Shown in pieces: positions 33,222 to 43,100 of a DNA stretch of 64,000 bases. Every line of letters begins with the position of its first letter. Position 1 is the first letter of the stretch. The translations under genes and the position numbers were made by a program. Source of the DNA: a virus; IMG/VR virus record IMGVR_UViG_3300018432_000002, positions 1 through 64,000 of that record. One strand, given 5' to 3'. A model generated the notes under the pieces. It saw only the letters and a program-made list of their open reading frames with translations. It made no database searches and was not told the DNA's origin.

Positions 33222-35792
33222 GTGGCACGTAACTTCAACGGGTCCTCCTACCTCGACTTCTCGGCCGGCGGCGCACCGCCGAACAATCATTTCACTTGGG
33301 CGGCCCTGTACCGCCCTACCGTGGTCACCGGCACTAAGACTCTGCTCGCGATTGGCTTCTCCTCGCCAGGCGGAAACCTAAGAATTCTTTCCGGCGCTCT
33401 GACTGCATCCATCGGTGGCACTGCCATTGCGCCTGCGGTGTCCATTCCGATCACATTGTCGGACGGTTGGTGCATTGCCGCACTGACCAAGCCACTGTCC
33501 GGATCAGCCCCGTTCCGTTTCCACCTGTACAAGTACGACACTGACACGTGGCTGCGGGAAGACAGCGCGACGACCACGGGTGGATCGGGTGCCGCCCGCT
33601 CCGAGATTCGAATCGGCGACTCGACCAGCGGCGGCGAGCGGTTCACCGGCGACATGGCAGCCGTCGGAATGTTCGACACGGCCCTCAGTGATGACCAGCT
33701 CTCTACTCTGCCGTATTCGCTGAACGCTTGGCTGTCGGCTCGTCCGACCGTCATGTTCGTCTTCGACCAGCATGCGACCACGCAGACGGTCCGGGACTGG
33801 ACGGGTGGCGGAGCAAACCAGACTGGGATCACCGGAACCACGGTTTCGACCGTCAGTGTTCCGATCCTGACCTACGGCCACCCGGTCATCCTGCCCACCC
33901 GCACGGGTGGCGCACCGGCCGCAGTGCCCATCTCTACAGTGTCGGACAACTTCGACGACAACGCCGTTGACCCGACTCTGTGGTCGGGTGACTCCGGCAC
34001 TGTCGGCGAGTCCGGCGGCGTAGCGACGATCACCGCCGACACTGGCTACAACGCCAAGCGCACCGGGTCCGTCTACACGTTTGACGACGCCTACTCCAAG
34101 GTCAACCCGTTTCCGGCAGGCACCTCGACTGGTGCCGCCATGGACTGGGGTGTCGCTTCGGCTGCGGAGGCGGCCGGCACCGACCTGGTCTTCTACCTCG
34201 ACGTCGTCGCTGGAACCCTGTACTTCGCGAACCGGGTCGGCTACACCGACGGCGGCGCAACGTCGGTCACCTACAACTCGACCAGCCACGCGTGGTGGCG
34301 GCTCCAGCGCAGCGCCGGGAACGTACTCTGGCAGACCAGCCCGGACGGCGCCACCTGGACGACACAGCGCACCCTCACCGAGCCATCGTGGGTGTCGGCG
34401 AACCCGGCCGACATTTCGTTCCACTCGGAAGCGCACCGCAACGACGGCTCCGGCGGCGGCGCCACCCTCGACAACTTCAACGTTGCCCCGGCTGCAACGA
34501 CAGCGAATGCTGGCCAGGCTGCGGTCGGCGTTGACGCCCACAACGCAACGACCGCCACTGCGGTCACCGCCACGGCAGGCGTTGCGCAGGTCGGCGTCAA
34601 CGGCTACAACCCGGCGCCGGTTCTCACCTCCACGGCGACCGCCGGGCAGGCCGACGTCACGGCAACGGGGCATGACCCCGCTGCGGTCACGACTTCTCAG
34701 ACCACCGCCAACGCCGGTACCGCCGACGTGGGCGTGGACGCCTACAGCGCCAGCGCGGTCATCGCGGTCACTGCCGACGCCGGGCATGCGGCAGTCCAGG
34801 CCGACGGGCACAACCCGACGGCGGTCACCGTCCCCACGGTCGTCGCCGATGCGGGTGTCGCCCTCGTCGGGGTGGACGGCCTCAATCCGACGGCAACCAC
34901 TTCGGCCAGCGTCACAGCTGGAACCGCGGAGGTCACCGCTGCCGCCCACAGCGTCATGGCAGTCATGGCCGGAACGCCAGACGCCGGTACTGCTGCTGTC
35001 GGGGTCGACGCGTACAACCCGGCCGCCCTGGTCACCTACACCGCCGACGCCGGAACAGCCACGGTCGGAACGGACGCCCACAACGCGACCACCGCACTGG
35101 CCAGCATCGCCACGGCAGGTAACGCCCTAGTGGATGTGTCGGCCATCAACCCGACCGTCTCCACGTCCTCGTCGGTCACCGTCAACGTCGACGTTGCGTC
35201 GGTCGGGGTCAGCGCCGACAACCCGACGCAGGACATCACCCAGCCCGCCGGGCTGGCAGCAGTCGACAGCACGGCCTACAACGCCACCGCTGTCACCGTT
35301 GCCGCCGGGGTCGCCAACGCGGGCACCGCTGAAGTCGCCGCGACTGCCCACGACCCGGCGGCCCAGCCGGCGCTCACCGCCACAGCCGGGCAGGCCGCGG
35401 TCACGGCGGACGGCTACAACGCGTCGGTGTCCACGGAGGCCAGCTACACGGCACAGGCAGGTGTCGCCGAAGTCGGGGCCGACGGGCACAACCCGCAAGC
35501 CCTGACCATCCTGATTGCCGCACCCGGCGCCGCTGAAGTCGGGGCCGAGGCGTACGGGGCGACAGTCTCGACCGCAGCGGCAACCGAGGCTCAGGCACTC
35601 GAAGCACTCGCTGGGGCGCAAGCGTTCAACGCGCTCGTCATCATCGGCGTCAGCGCTGGAACCGCTGAGGTCACAGCTGCGGCGTTCGACGTGCCGAAGA
35701 AGCGGACACCCGGTGTTCTCGTTGCCGGCACCATCCGATCCCGGCTCACCGCAGGCACCATGCGCGGACCCACCTACATGAGCGGGGGCTGA
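33222..35792 (+). CDS. LamG/concanavalin-like domain protein with about 18 tandem 22-aa Ala/Thr/Gly-rich repeats
   Basis: N-terminal ARNFNGSSYLDF...FTWAALYRP...GDMAAVGMFDTALSDDQL (LamG-like); repeats such as A[ND]AG.A.VGVDA[HY]N. Confidence 0.75.
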   Translation: MARNFNGSSYLDFSAGGAPPNNHFTWAALYRPTVVTGTKTLLAIGFSSPGGNLRILSGALTASIGGTAIAPAVSIPITLSDGWCIAALTKPLSGSAPFRFHLYKYDTDTWLREDSATTTGGSGAARSEIRIGDSTSGGERFTGDMAAVGMFDTALSDDQLSTLPYSLNAWLSARPTVMFVFDQHATTQTVRDWTGGGANQTGITGTTVSTVSVPILTYGHPVILPTRTGGAPAAVPISTVSDNFDDNAVDPTLWSGDSGTVGESGGVATITADTGYNAKRTGSVYTFDDAYSKVNPFPAGTSTGAAMDWGVASAAEAAGTDLVFYLDVVAGTLYFANRVGYTDGGATSVTYNSTSHAWWRLQRSAGNVLWQTSPDGATWTTQRTLTEPSWVSANPADISFHSEAHRNDGSGGGATLDNFNVAPAATTANAGQAAVGVDAHNATTATAVTATAGVAQVGVNGYNPAPVLTSTATAGQADVTATGHDPAAVTTSQTTANAGTADVGVDAYSASAVIAVTADAGHAAVQADGHNPTAVTVPTVVADAGVALVGVDGLNPTATTSASVTAGTAEVTAAAHSVMAVMAGTPDAGTAAVGVDAYNPAALVTYTADAGTATVGTDAHNATTALASIATAGNALVDVSAINPTVSTSSSVTVNVDVASVGVSADNPTQDITQPAGLAAVDSTAYNATAVTVAAGVANAGTAEVAATAHDPAAQPALTATAGQAAVTADGYNASVSTEASYTAQAGVAEVGADGHNPQALTILIAAPGAAEVGAEAYGATVSTAAATEAQALEALAGAQAFNALVIIGVSAGTAEVTAAAFDVPKKRTPGVLVAGTIRSRLTAGTMRGPTYMSGG
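34503..35695 (+). repeat. in-frame degenerate tandem repeat (about 66-nt unit) inside CDS 33222..35792
   Basis: Recurrent ...AGTA.VGVDAYNP.A.T... units read in the translation. Confidence 0.8.
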
Positions 35793-35793
35793 G

Positions 35794-36561
35794 GTGGCTT
35801 CGGATCTGAGTCTGGGGGACGTCGAGACCCCGTTCATCGTGGTCTCCCCCGCCGACGCCGACACCCAAGTCACCCTCGAAGTCCGGCCACCCAACGCCGA
35901 CCCTTACCCGCTCGTCATGGCCGGCGGGGACCTCGAACCCATCGCCAACTCCAGCCCGCAGCAGTACAGCCAGCGGTGGGAAGCCGTCAGCCCCGTCACC
36001 TACGACGCGGCCAGCAAATGGGTGCTGCACTTCGACGTCACCGGCACCGGCGAAGGCGACGAAGACCTTGAGATCTACGTTGTTCCGTCGCCGGTTGCGG
36101 GCGGGCCAGCTTGGTGGCCGGGACGCAGTCGCGTGGCCGCATACGTTCCTCATCGCACTCTCGTCAGGTCCGTCGCCAGCACCATCAACTCCCAAGACGG
36201 CTACGCGATGACCTTCGACTCGACCACAGTGCCCGACGGCCTGACCGTTTCAAGGCTGATCGCCGACGGGGGCGCCTGGGTGGGCGCGCTGATCAGCCCG
36301 CTGCACGCCAAGAGCGAAGGACTGGCGAGCCTACTCGTTGCCCTCTGGGCTGCCATCGCTGTAGAACGCGGATATCCCGACGACGACCAGTCGCTGCAGC
36401 GGGCCAACGACATGGAGAAACAACTCAACACCATGCTCGGGCAGCTCACCGAAGCGAACAACGCCGCGAACGGGACTGATTCGTACGGCCTGGATCTGGC
36501 CTACCCGGTGTACAGCTTTCCGCCCGCCGACCTGCGCTACGACTACTCGACCTACTGGTGA
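35794..36561 (+). CDS. head-tail connector/adaptor candidate
   Basis: Position between the head genes and the gp10-like gene; GTG start 2 nt after the previous stop. Confidence 0.45.
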   Translation: MASDLSLGDVETPFIVVSPADADTQVTLEVRPPNADPYPLVMAGGDLEPIANSSPQQYSQRWEAVSPVTYDAASKWVLHFDVTGTGEGDEDLEIYVVPSPVAGGPAWWPGRSRVAAYVPHRTLVRSVASTINSQDGYAMTFDSTTVPDGLTVSRLIADGGAWVGALISPLHAKSEGLASLLVALWAAIAVERGYPDDDQSLQRANDMEKQLNTMLGQLTEANNAANGTDSYGLDLAYPVYSFPPADLRYDYSTYW

Positions 36562-36572
36562 GGCGGTGAGCC

Positions 36573-36962
36573 GTGGCGCAAGTCAAGGTCACTTTCCGTC
36601 CGAACCGGGCAGGCGTGAACGCCGCAGGTCGGTCGAACGCCGTTTACCGCGAGCTTGAGCGCCGCGCTGACAAGGTGATTGCGCTCGCCCAGGCCATCGC
36701 GCCTGTCGACACCGGCGTCTACCGGGCCAGTTTCGCCAAAGAACGAACCCGCGTCCGAGGCCAGGCCGCGGTACAGGTCACCAACACTGCCCCCTACGCG
36801 GCGGTGGTTGAGCACGGGTCGCGGCCCCACGTCATCGAGTCCACCGGGCCGTGGCCACTGCGTAACGCCAAGACCGGGCAGGTGTTCGGCCGCAAGGTCA
36901 ACCACCCCGGCACGCCCGCCTTCCATGTCCTGCGGCGTGCACTCCGGGCGGCCGGCCGGTGA
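36573..36962 (+). CDS. HK97 gp10-family head-tail joining protein
   Basis: APVDTGVYRASF...APYAAVVEHGS pattern. Confidence 0.7.
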   Translation: MAQVKVTFRPNRAGVNAAGRSNAVYRELERRADKVIALAQAIAPVDTGVYRASFAKERTRVRGQAAVQVTNTAPYAAVVEHGSRPHVIESTGPWPLRNAKTGQVFGRKVNHPGTPAFHVLRRALRAAGR

Positions 36963-37348
36963 CCGGATACGCCGACCCGGAACTGCTGATCACCGAGTGG
37001 ATGCGGGACACCATAGGCGGGAAGTTCTGGACCAGCTATCACCTGCCCCCGAACGAACGGTACGTCGCCCCGCTTACCCATGTGCTTCGCGACATCAGCC
37101 CGAACGATCTGCCGTTGACACTCGATGACGTGCTCCTAGACGCCAACACGTACGCGGCGGACGAGGACCGGTGCAAGGCCGTGTCCCTGGATATCTGGAA
37201 CGCGATGGTGTTCAAGCTTCCGGGCACGGTCTTCGGCAACGGCGTCCTGGTCAAGCATTGCCGGGCGACGCCGCCGATCTGGGCGCCTGACCCGTCTGTC
37301 TACCGACGCACCGCGGCCTACCGCGTGATCCTGCACGGCGTCATCTGA
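36959..37348 (+). CDS. tail terminator / tail completion candidate
   Basis: Position and size only; GTGA coupling. Confidence 0.45.
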   Translation: MTGYADPELLITEWMRDTIGGKFWTSYHLPPNERYVAPLTHVLRDISPNDLPLTLDDVLLDANTYAADEDRCKAVSLDIWNAMVFKLPGTVFGNGVLVKHCRATPPIWAPDPSVYRRTAAYRVILHGVI

Positions 37349-37366
37349 TCCCAGCTCACCCCTGCA

Positions 37367-37404
37367 CCCGGCGATAACCGCCGGGCTTTCGTCATGCCCG
37401 GAGG
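37367..37404 (+). repeat. intergenic motif copy 3 (hairpin CCCGGCG/CGCCGGG + CTTTCGTCATGCCCGGAGG)
   Basis: Read directly upstream of ATG 37410. Confidence 0.7.
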
Positions 37405-37409
37405 TTGCC

Positions 37410-37748
37410 ATGCCCCGCACTGCCCTGACCGCCGTCGAATCGTCCAAGGCGGGCACTGTGCTCGCCGCGGGCACTGCCGCTGATGTGGCGAACGGCAACA
37501 GCGTCGCCCACGACGGCCGGTCGGTCATCATCATCGCCACCAATGCTGGTGCGTCGCCACGCACGATCACGATCACGCCGACCGCGACGGTCGATGGCCT
37601 GGTTCCGGCAGCGCGAACGGTGTCGCTGGCCGCGAGCGCCGTGAAGGTGCTCGGCCCGTATGACCTAGCCAGCTATTCGAGCGTGCTGCAGATCTCCGGC
37701 GATCACGCCGACGTGAAGTTCCAGGTCATCCGGGTTCCCGGTATCTGA
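37410..37748 (+). CDS. hypothetical structural protein
   Basis: Preceded by a hairpin + CATGCCCGGAGG motif; 112 aa. Confidence 0.55.
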   Translation: MPRTALTAVESSKAGTVLAAGTAADVANGNSVAHDGRSVIIIATNAGASPRTITITPTATVDGLVPAARTVSLAASAVKVLGPYDLASYSSVLQISGDHADVKFQVIRVPGI

Positions 37749-37774
37749 CCGCCTCTTCTGGCTTTTCCCTCTCA

Positions 37775-37808
37775 CCCGGCGACCGCCGGGCCTTCACCAT
37801 GCAAGGAG
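37775..37808 (+). repeat. intergenic motif copy 4 (hairpin CCCGGC/GCCGGG + CCTTCACCATGCAAGGAG)
   Basis: Read directly upstream of the major tail gene ATG 37816. Confidence 0.6.
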
Positions 37809-37815
37809 ATGACCC

Positions 37816-38382
37816 ATGGCGGTCGATGTCACCAAGATCCGCGCCTATCAGAACGGGCTCGTCGCGGTTTCGGGGTTCGGTGTCACCAACCCTGTTTTGC
37901 CGACCGATCCAACCACGTCGATCAACTCGGCGATCTACTCCGAGGTTGGGGCGCTGACTGACGAAGGCGTGACTGACGCAACCTCGCAGGATTCGACGGA
38001 CATCTTCATGTGGCAGGGCAACGCTCTGGCCGCGTCGATCCCCGGCGAAGTCACCAAGACGTTCGCGTTCGGAGCCATGGAGACCAACCTGGTCACCCTC
38101 GGCATCCAGTACGCCGGCTCCACCATCACGCAGACCGCCTATGGCGTCTCCATCGCCGAAAAGGCGCCAGTCAAGGACGTGCGGACGTGGATCCTGCACG
38201 GCATTTCCGACTCCGGCAAGGCGCAGCGTGTCGTTGTGCCGCTCGGTCAGGTGTCGGAGCGCGGTGACGTCCTTTGGTCGTCACAGGAAACGACTGTGTA
38301 CGCCTGGACGATCAAGGCGTTCCCTGACGCCAGTAATAACGTGGCTTATAGGTACATTTTGGACAGTTCGCTCGCGGTCTGA
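37816..38382 (+). CDS. major tail protein
   Basis: Position upstream of the chaperones and tape measure; 188 aa; AAGGAG RBS; followed by a strong hairpin. Confidence 0.7.
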   Translation: MAVDVTKIRAYQNGLVAVSGFGVTNPVLPTDPTTSINSAIYSEVGALTDEGVTDATSQDSTDIFMWQGNALAASIPGEVTKTFAFGAMETNLVTLGIQYAGSTITQTAYGVSIAEKAPVKDVRTWILHGISDSGKAQRVVVPLGQVSERGDVLWSSQETTVYAWTIKAFPDASNNVAYRYILDSSLAV

Positions 38383-38399
38383 CCTGCCTACCCCTGAAC

Positions 38400-38436
38400 G
38401 ACGCAGCCGGCCCTCGGGCGGGTGGCCGGCTGCGTC
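38400..38436 (+). terminator. strong stem-loop after the major tail gene (13-bp stem)
   Basis: GACGCAGCCGGCC pairs with GGCCGGCTGCGTC, 11-nt loop. Confidence 0.6.
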
Positions 38437-38467
38437 TCTACCCGCCCACACCCGCCAAGGAGAAACC

Positions 38468-38983
38468 ATGAACAGCCCTTCCCGAGTGGAACTCGTACGC
38501 GTCGAAGAGTCCGCCGACCCCAGAACTGTCGCCGACCGCGAGTCCACGGTGCAGCGCCTCGCCGAGCTGGGCCACATCGACCCGGCAGCGGGTGAGGTCA
38601 ACACGGTGTCGGCCGGTAGTTGGCAAGCACGCATCAACGGCGGCACCCCTATCGAAGTCCAGGACTTCGCGGTCTCCCCCGACGGCGAAGGGGGCGTGGT
38701 CCTGAACCTCGTCATGCCGGTAGATGCGCTGACGATCGGCGATGCCTCGCTCGGCCAGGAAGCACCCAACGTGCGCCCCGCCGTTCCGGCGCAGCCGATC
38801 TCGATGTGGGGTGGCATTCCGCAGCCGGACGGGCTCGGCTCGCAGGTTGCCGCGAACGCGGAACAGAACACGCACGATCACACGCTTAAGCGGTGGACGT
38901 GCGGATGCGACCCGGTGCTGCTCGGCATTCAGGACGCTGCGGCGAAGACCGGCAACATCGACCTTCGGGTGGTGCAGTCGTGA
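38468..38983 (+). CDS. hypothetical tail-module protein
   Basis: AAGGAGA RBS before ATG 38468; within ORF 38141..38983. Confidence 0.55.
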   Translation: MNSPSRVELVRVEESADPRTVADRESTVQRLAELGHIDPAAGEVNTVSAGSWQARINGGTPIEVQDFAVSPDGEGGVVLNLVMPVDALTIGDASLGQEAPNVRPAVPAQPISMWGGIPQPDGLGSQVAANAEQNTHDHTLKRWTCGCDPVLLGIQDAAAKTGNIDLRVVQS

Positions 38984-39312
38984 CCACCGATGTGAGTGTG
39001 GATTGGGCGCCGGGAGACGACGGCGACCAGCTGCTCAACGCCCTGCGCGACATCATCCAGAAGCACTACCACGGCGATGTCCTCGCAGCGCTCGGTGGCC
39101 TGCCCGTCAGGCCGAAGCCCGCGCCTTGGTCGACGGAGGCCCTGCTGCTTGCGCGGGTCGAGCACCGCCTGGCGCGCATGGAGTGGACCCAGAATGGCCG
39201 GAAGGGCCCGGAGCCGAAGCTTCTGACTTCGGCGGACGATGCGGCTGAGCGTCTGCGTCGTATCGGTCTGCTGCCGGACGAAGACGAAGGCACGACGGGG
39301 GTGACGGCATGA
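38980..39312 (+). CDS. hypothetical protein
   Basis: GTGA coupling at 38980. Confidence 0.5.
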   Translation: MTTDVSVDWAPGDDGDQLLNALRDIIQKHYHGDVLAALGGLPVRPKPAPWSTEALLLARVEHRLARMEWTQNGRKGPEPKLLTSADDAAERLRRIGLLPDEDEGTTGVTA

Positions 39313-39893
39313 GCGAGACCCCAGAGGACGAGACCATCCAGGGTGTCCCGGTCCTGAAGCCCGCCAAGGCCAACCCCAAACCGAGCCCCGTCCTTGGTCG
39401 CACCGTCGCCGACGATCTGGATGCCGCCTACGCGGAGATCCGCCGCGAGCCGTATTTCTTCACCTGGTCTGGCCGTGAGTGGTCCCTGCCGCACATCGGC
39501 GACCTGGACTACCGCGTGCTGGCCGAGATCGAGTCGATGGACGCCATCGACACCGAGCAGGTCCTCAGCCTTTTCTCCCGCATGTTCACCGCCGACCAGG
39601 TTGCGGCGTGGGCCGAAGTGCAGGTCCCCACCCCCGTCCTGTTCATGCTGTTCGAGCGGTGGGTGGCGCACGGCGGCGGCAAGTTGGGGGAAGCGCCGGC
39701 CTCGAGCGGCTCCTCCGGGAGCATTGGAAAGAGCTCGAGGCGGACTTCCGGTTCAAGTACGGTCTCCGCCTCTCGGAAGTCGTCTTCGGCCAAACCGAAG
39801 AAGGCCGCGGCGAAGCGCACACCGCGCAAGGCTGCCGCGGCACCTGCGGTTGTGGAACTGGCCGACTCCCCGCCAGGGAGCTCCTCAACCTGA
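39309..39893 (+). CDS. tail assembly chaperone (G-like, 0-frame product)
   Basis: Position before the tape measure; WSLPHIGDLDYRVLAEI... Confidence 0.7.
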   Translation: MSETPEDETIQGVPVLKPAKANPKPSPVLGRTVADDLDAAYAEIRREPYFFTWSGREWSLPHIGDLDYRVLAEIESMDAIDTEQVLSLFSRMFTADQVAAWAEVQVPTPVLFMLFERWVAHGGGKLGEAPASSGSSGSIGKSSRRTSGSSTVSASRKSSSAKPKKAAAKRTPRKAAAAPAVVELADSPPGSSST

Positions 39894-40174
39894 TCCAAGG
39901 GTTGGCCGGGTACGAGGATTCACTGCTGCACAAGAAGCTGCGCGGACCGATGGCGTCGTGGGACATGACCGCCCTACTGCTGCGGCAGATCGACCTGCGG
40001 CTTGCCGGTGCGAACTGGCAGCGGGCGGGCGGCAAAGGACAGAAGCCCAAGCCGATCGATCTGCCGTCTACGACGAGCCGCGGCAACCAGCCGGCCAGAG
40101 GCAAGCCGTCGGGTGACGACCTCGCCCAGCGGCTGCGGAACCTGAACCTGATCCCTCCCGGAGCCTCTGACTGA
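39309..40174 (+). CDS. tail assembly chaperone GT-like fusion via -1 frameshift at G_GGG_GAA (39686-39692)
   Basis: The -1 frame continues ...GGSAGLERLLREHWKELEADFRFKYGL...WDMTALLLRQIDLRLAGANW (T-like) and ends at TGA 40172-40174, 20 nt before the tape measure gene. Confidence 0.7.
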
Positions 40175-40194
40175 TTGCGGCCGGGGGTGTCTTC

Positions 40195-43100
40195 GTGACC
40201 TCTCCGACGAGCGTTGGCCAGGTCAGTGTCGAGGTGGTCGCCGAACTGCGATCCCTCGTGAAGGACATCCGCAAGCGCGTCGAGGAAGGCCTCCGGAACC
40301 TCGACGTTGGCAGGCGGATCCGCGACTCCATCGGCCAGGACCCCATCTCGGTGCCGGTTGAGATGGACGTCGACACCAGCGCCATCAACCAGCAGCTGCG
40401 CAACCTGAACGGCCTGCGCGTGCCGGTCGAGGTCGAACCGGAGACTGGTAGCTTCGCCGGCCGGTTGCGGTCGCAGTTGGCGCGCGTGACGTCGCAGGTG
40501 CGGTCAGCCGTCACCGTCGATGTCGACGTTGACCAGAACCGGTCGTCGTCAAGGCTCGGAAGTCTTCTGCAGGGCGCTGTCGGTGCTGCAGGCGCGGTGG
40601 GTGGGGCACTGACCGGGGCGGCGGGTGCCGCAGGTTCACTGCTGGGCGCACTCGGCCCGGTGGTCGGTGTTGTCGGCGCGATCGCTGCCGGCCTGACGTT
40701 GCTGCCGCCTCTGCTGGCAGCGGCGGCAGGTGCGGCGGCGGCGATTCCCGGTGCAATGGCCGGCATCGGTGCGGCGGTCGGCACCCTGGCGCTCGGATTC
40801 AAAGGCATCTCCGAAGCATTCAAGCCGTCCGCAGGTGGCGGCGGCGGCGGCGGTGGTGGGGCGGCCGGCCAGGCGGCGAACCAGGCCCGCCAGATCGCGT
40901 CCGCGTCCCGGCAGGTGGAGGCAGCGCGGCGGGGTATCGCCGCGGCGAACCGCCAGTATTTGGCGTCGCTGCGGTCGGTGGCCGCCGCAGAGCGTGGCCT
41001 GGTGGCGGCGCAACGCGCTGTCGGCGAGTCGCAGGACACGCTCATCGAAGCCCAGCAGCGCGCCATCCGTAGCCAGGAGGCCGTGAATCGGGCCCGCCGT
41101 GAGGCCCGCGAGGACATTGAAGACCTCGGCCGGGCGTTGCGCGGGGCGGTCATCTCCGAGGCGGAGGCGGCTCAGGCCGTCAACGATGCCTTGTTCGCCT
41201 TGAACGAGGCGAAACTGACCGGCGACCTGAAAGCGATCGCCCGCGCGTCGAACGCCTACGACCGTTCGGTGTTGTCGTTGGAGGATGCCAAGGATTCCGT
41301 CGAGGATTTGACGGAGGAGTCGCAGGAGTTCGCGGCGAAGGGCGTCGAGGGCAGCGACAAGGTTCAGGGCGCCCTTGAGGACCAGGTATCGGCGTGGGAT
41401 GCGGTCAAGGACGCGCAGCAGGGTGTTCGGGACGCACAGAACGGTGTCATTGACGCCACCGACTCTCTGATCTCCGCGCAGGACGGCGTCAAGTCGGCCC
41501 TGGACGGCCAGAAGTCCGCCACGGATGGGCTGATCGCGGCGCAGGAGTCGCTGGCGGCGGCGCAGCAGAAAGTTGCTGCCGGTTCTGGCGGGGTGGCCAA
41601 AGAGGTCATCAAGCTCGCCCCGGCGGCGCAGAGGTTCGTCAACGCGATCAAGGCACTCAAGCCGGCGTTCGAGAACCTGCGACTTGATGTGCAGCAGAGG
41701 CTGTTCGAGGGCCTTGACAAGACGGTGACCCGGGTAGGTGAGGCGTGGATTCCGCGGCTGCGGGAGACGCTGGGCAGCTACGCGGACACGTTCAACGGAT
41801 TTTTCAAAAACCTCGGCAAGAGCATCACCACGCCGAAGTTCATGGACGATATCCAGGCCGGCGCGGAGGGGTTCCGGCAGCTGCTGGACAAGCTCGGCGC
41901 GTCGATCACTACCAGTCTGGTACCGGCGTTCGGTGCCCTGTCGAAGGCGGCCGGGCCGTTCCTGTCGAAGCTCGGCGACGAACTGGCCGGGATCGTCACC
42001 GAGTTCTCGAACTGGGTGCTTCAGGGCGAGAAGACCGGCGGCCTGGAATCGTTTTTCGACAAGGCCGCGAAGGCGATGCACGACATCTTCGACATTGGCA
42101 GGTCCGTCGGGTCGATCATCGCCAGCCTGTTCGAGATCATCACCGGGGACAACACGAACACCGGCAAGACCCCACTGGAGTCCTTCAAGCAGGCGCTCGA
42201 CAAGGTCGCCGTGTGGCTGAAGGACCCTGACAATCAGCAGCGCATCCGCCAGCTGATCGACGACGTAAAAGAGGCAGGCCAGCAGTTCCTGGAGTTCGCC
42301 AACACGGTCCGTCGTGCCTTCGACCGCGTCCAGGAAGCGTTCTTCCGCCTCCAAACCTTCATCTACCAGCTGTCCGACATTTTCGGCCTGAGCGGTTCGG
42401 CCGGCGGCGAGGTCGGCAAAGCGATCAGCGGTGCCGTGACCGGCAACGACGGTGGCAGCCTGGTCGAGCAGTTCCGCGAGGGCGGCCGGAACATCATTGA
42501 TGGCCTGATCGAAGGCATCGAGGAACGTCTCGGCCAGTTCTCGATCGCCGGCCTGCTGTGGGAGGGCCCTGATTCTCTGCTGGGCCGGATCCGGGCCGGG
42601 TTCGGGATCGCGTCGCCGTCAACGGTCATGGCTGAGGTCGGCCGGAACCTGATTGACGGGCTTGTCCTCGGAATTGGGGAGAAGTTCGGGCAGCTGGTGG
42701 ACAAGGTGCGGGAGATCCCGGACCGGGTCCGGGGCGCCCTTTCCGGTGCCGGTACGTGGCTTCAGCAGCATGGTCAGAGTGCGATCAACGGCCTGAGCTC
42801 GGGTGTCTCGTCGAGGATGGCGGACCTGCGTAGTCGTGCCGGCCAGGCCCGAACAACAGTGCAGAACGCCCTGTCGAATGCGGGCACGTGGCTCTCCACC
42901 CATGGGCGCAACGCGATTATCGGCCTTGCCAACGGCATGACCTCCTGGTTCGGGAACCTGCGCGCCTACGCGGGCAACGCCCGGGTGACGGTGCAGAACG
43001 CTCTGGCCAACGCCGGGTCGTGGCTGGTGAATCATGGACGCGCCGTGATTTCCGGCCTTATGCAAGGCATTTCGTCGATGTTCAACACGCTCGGCTCGTT

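Noticed and set aside
33504-35081. 525-aa minus-strand ORF
   Set aside because: It is antisense to the LamG/repeat gene. Its composition is Arg/Gly/Val/Asp-rich low complexity, typical of shadow ORFs in about 70% GC DNA. It has no RBS or coupling, and the sense frame has coherent domain structure.
34503-35695. Tandem repeat considered as a CRISPR array or non-coding satellite
   Set aside because: The units are degenerate at the DNA level, contiguous with no spacers, and keep one open reading frame. They give a regular 22-aa protein repeat inside a long CDS.
40834-40860. GGY-triplet run (poly-Gly) as an independent simple repeat or slippage hotspot
   Set aside because: It lies in frame within the tape measure gene and encodes GGGGGGGGG. 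It is noted only as a possible length-variable tract.
40068-42354. 361-aa and 572-aa minus-strand ORFs
   Set aside because: They are shadow ORFs opposite the tape measure gene, with Arg/Ala/Pro-rich low complexity.
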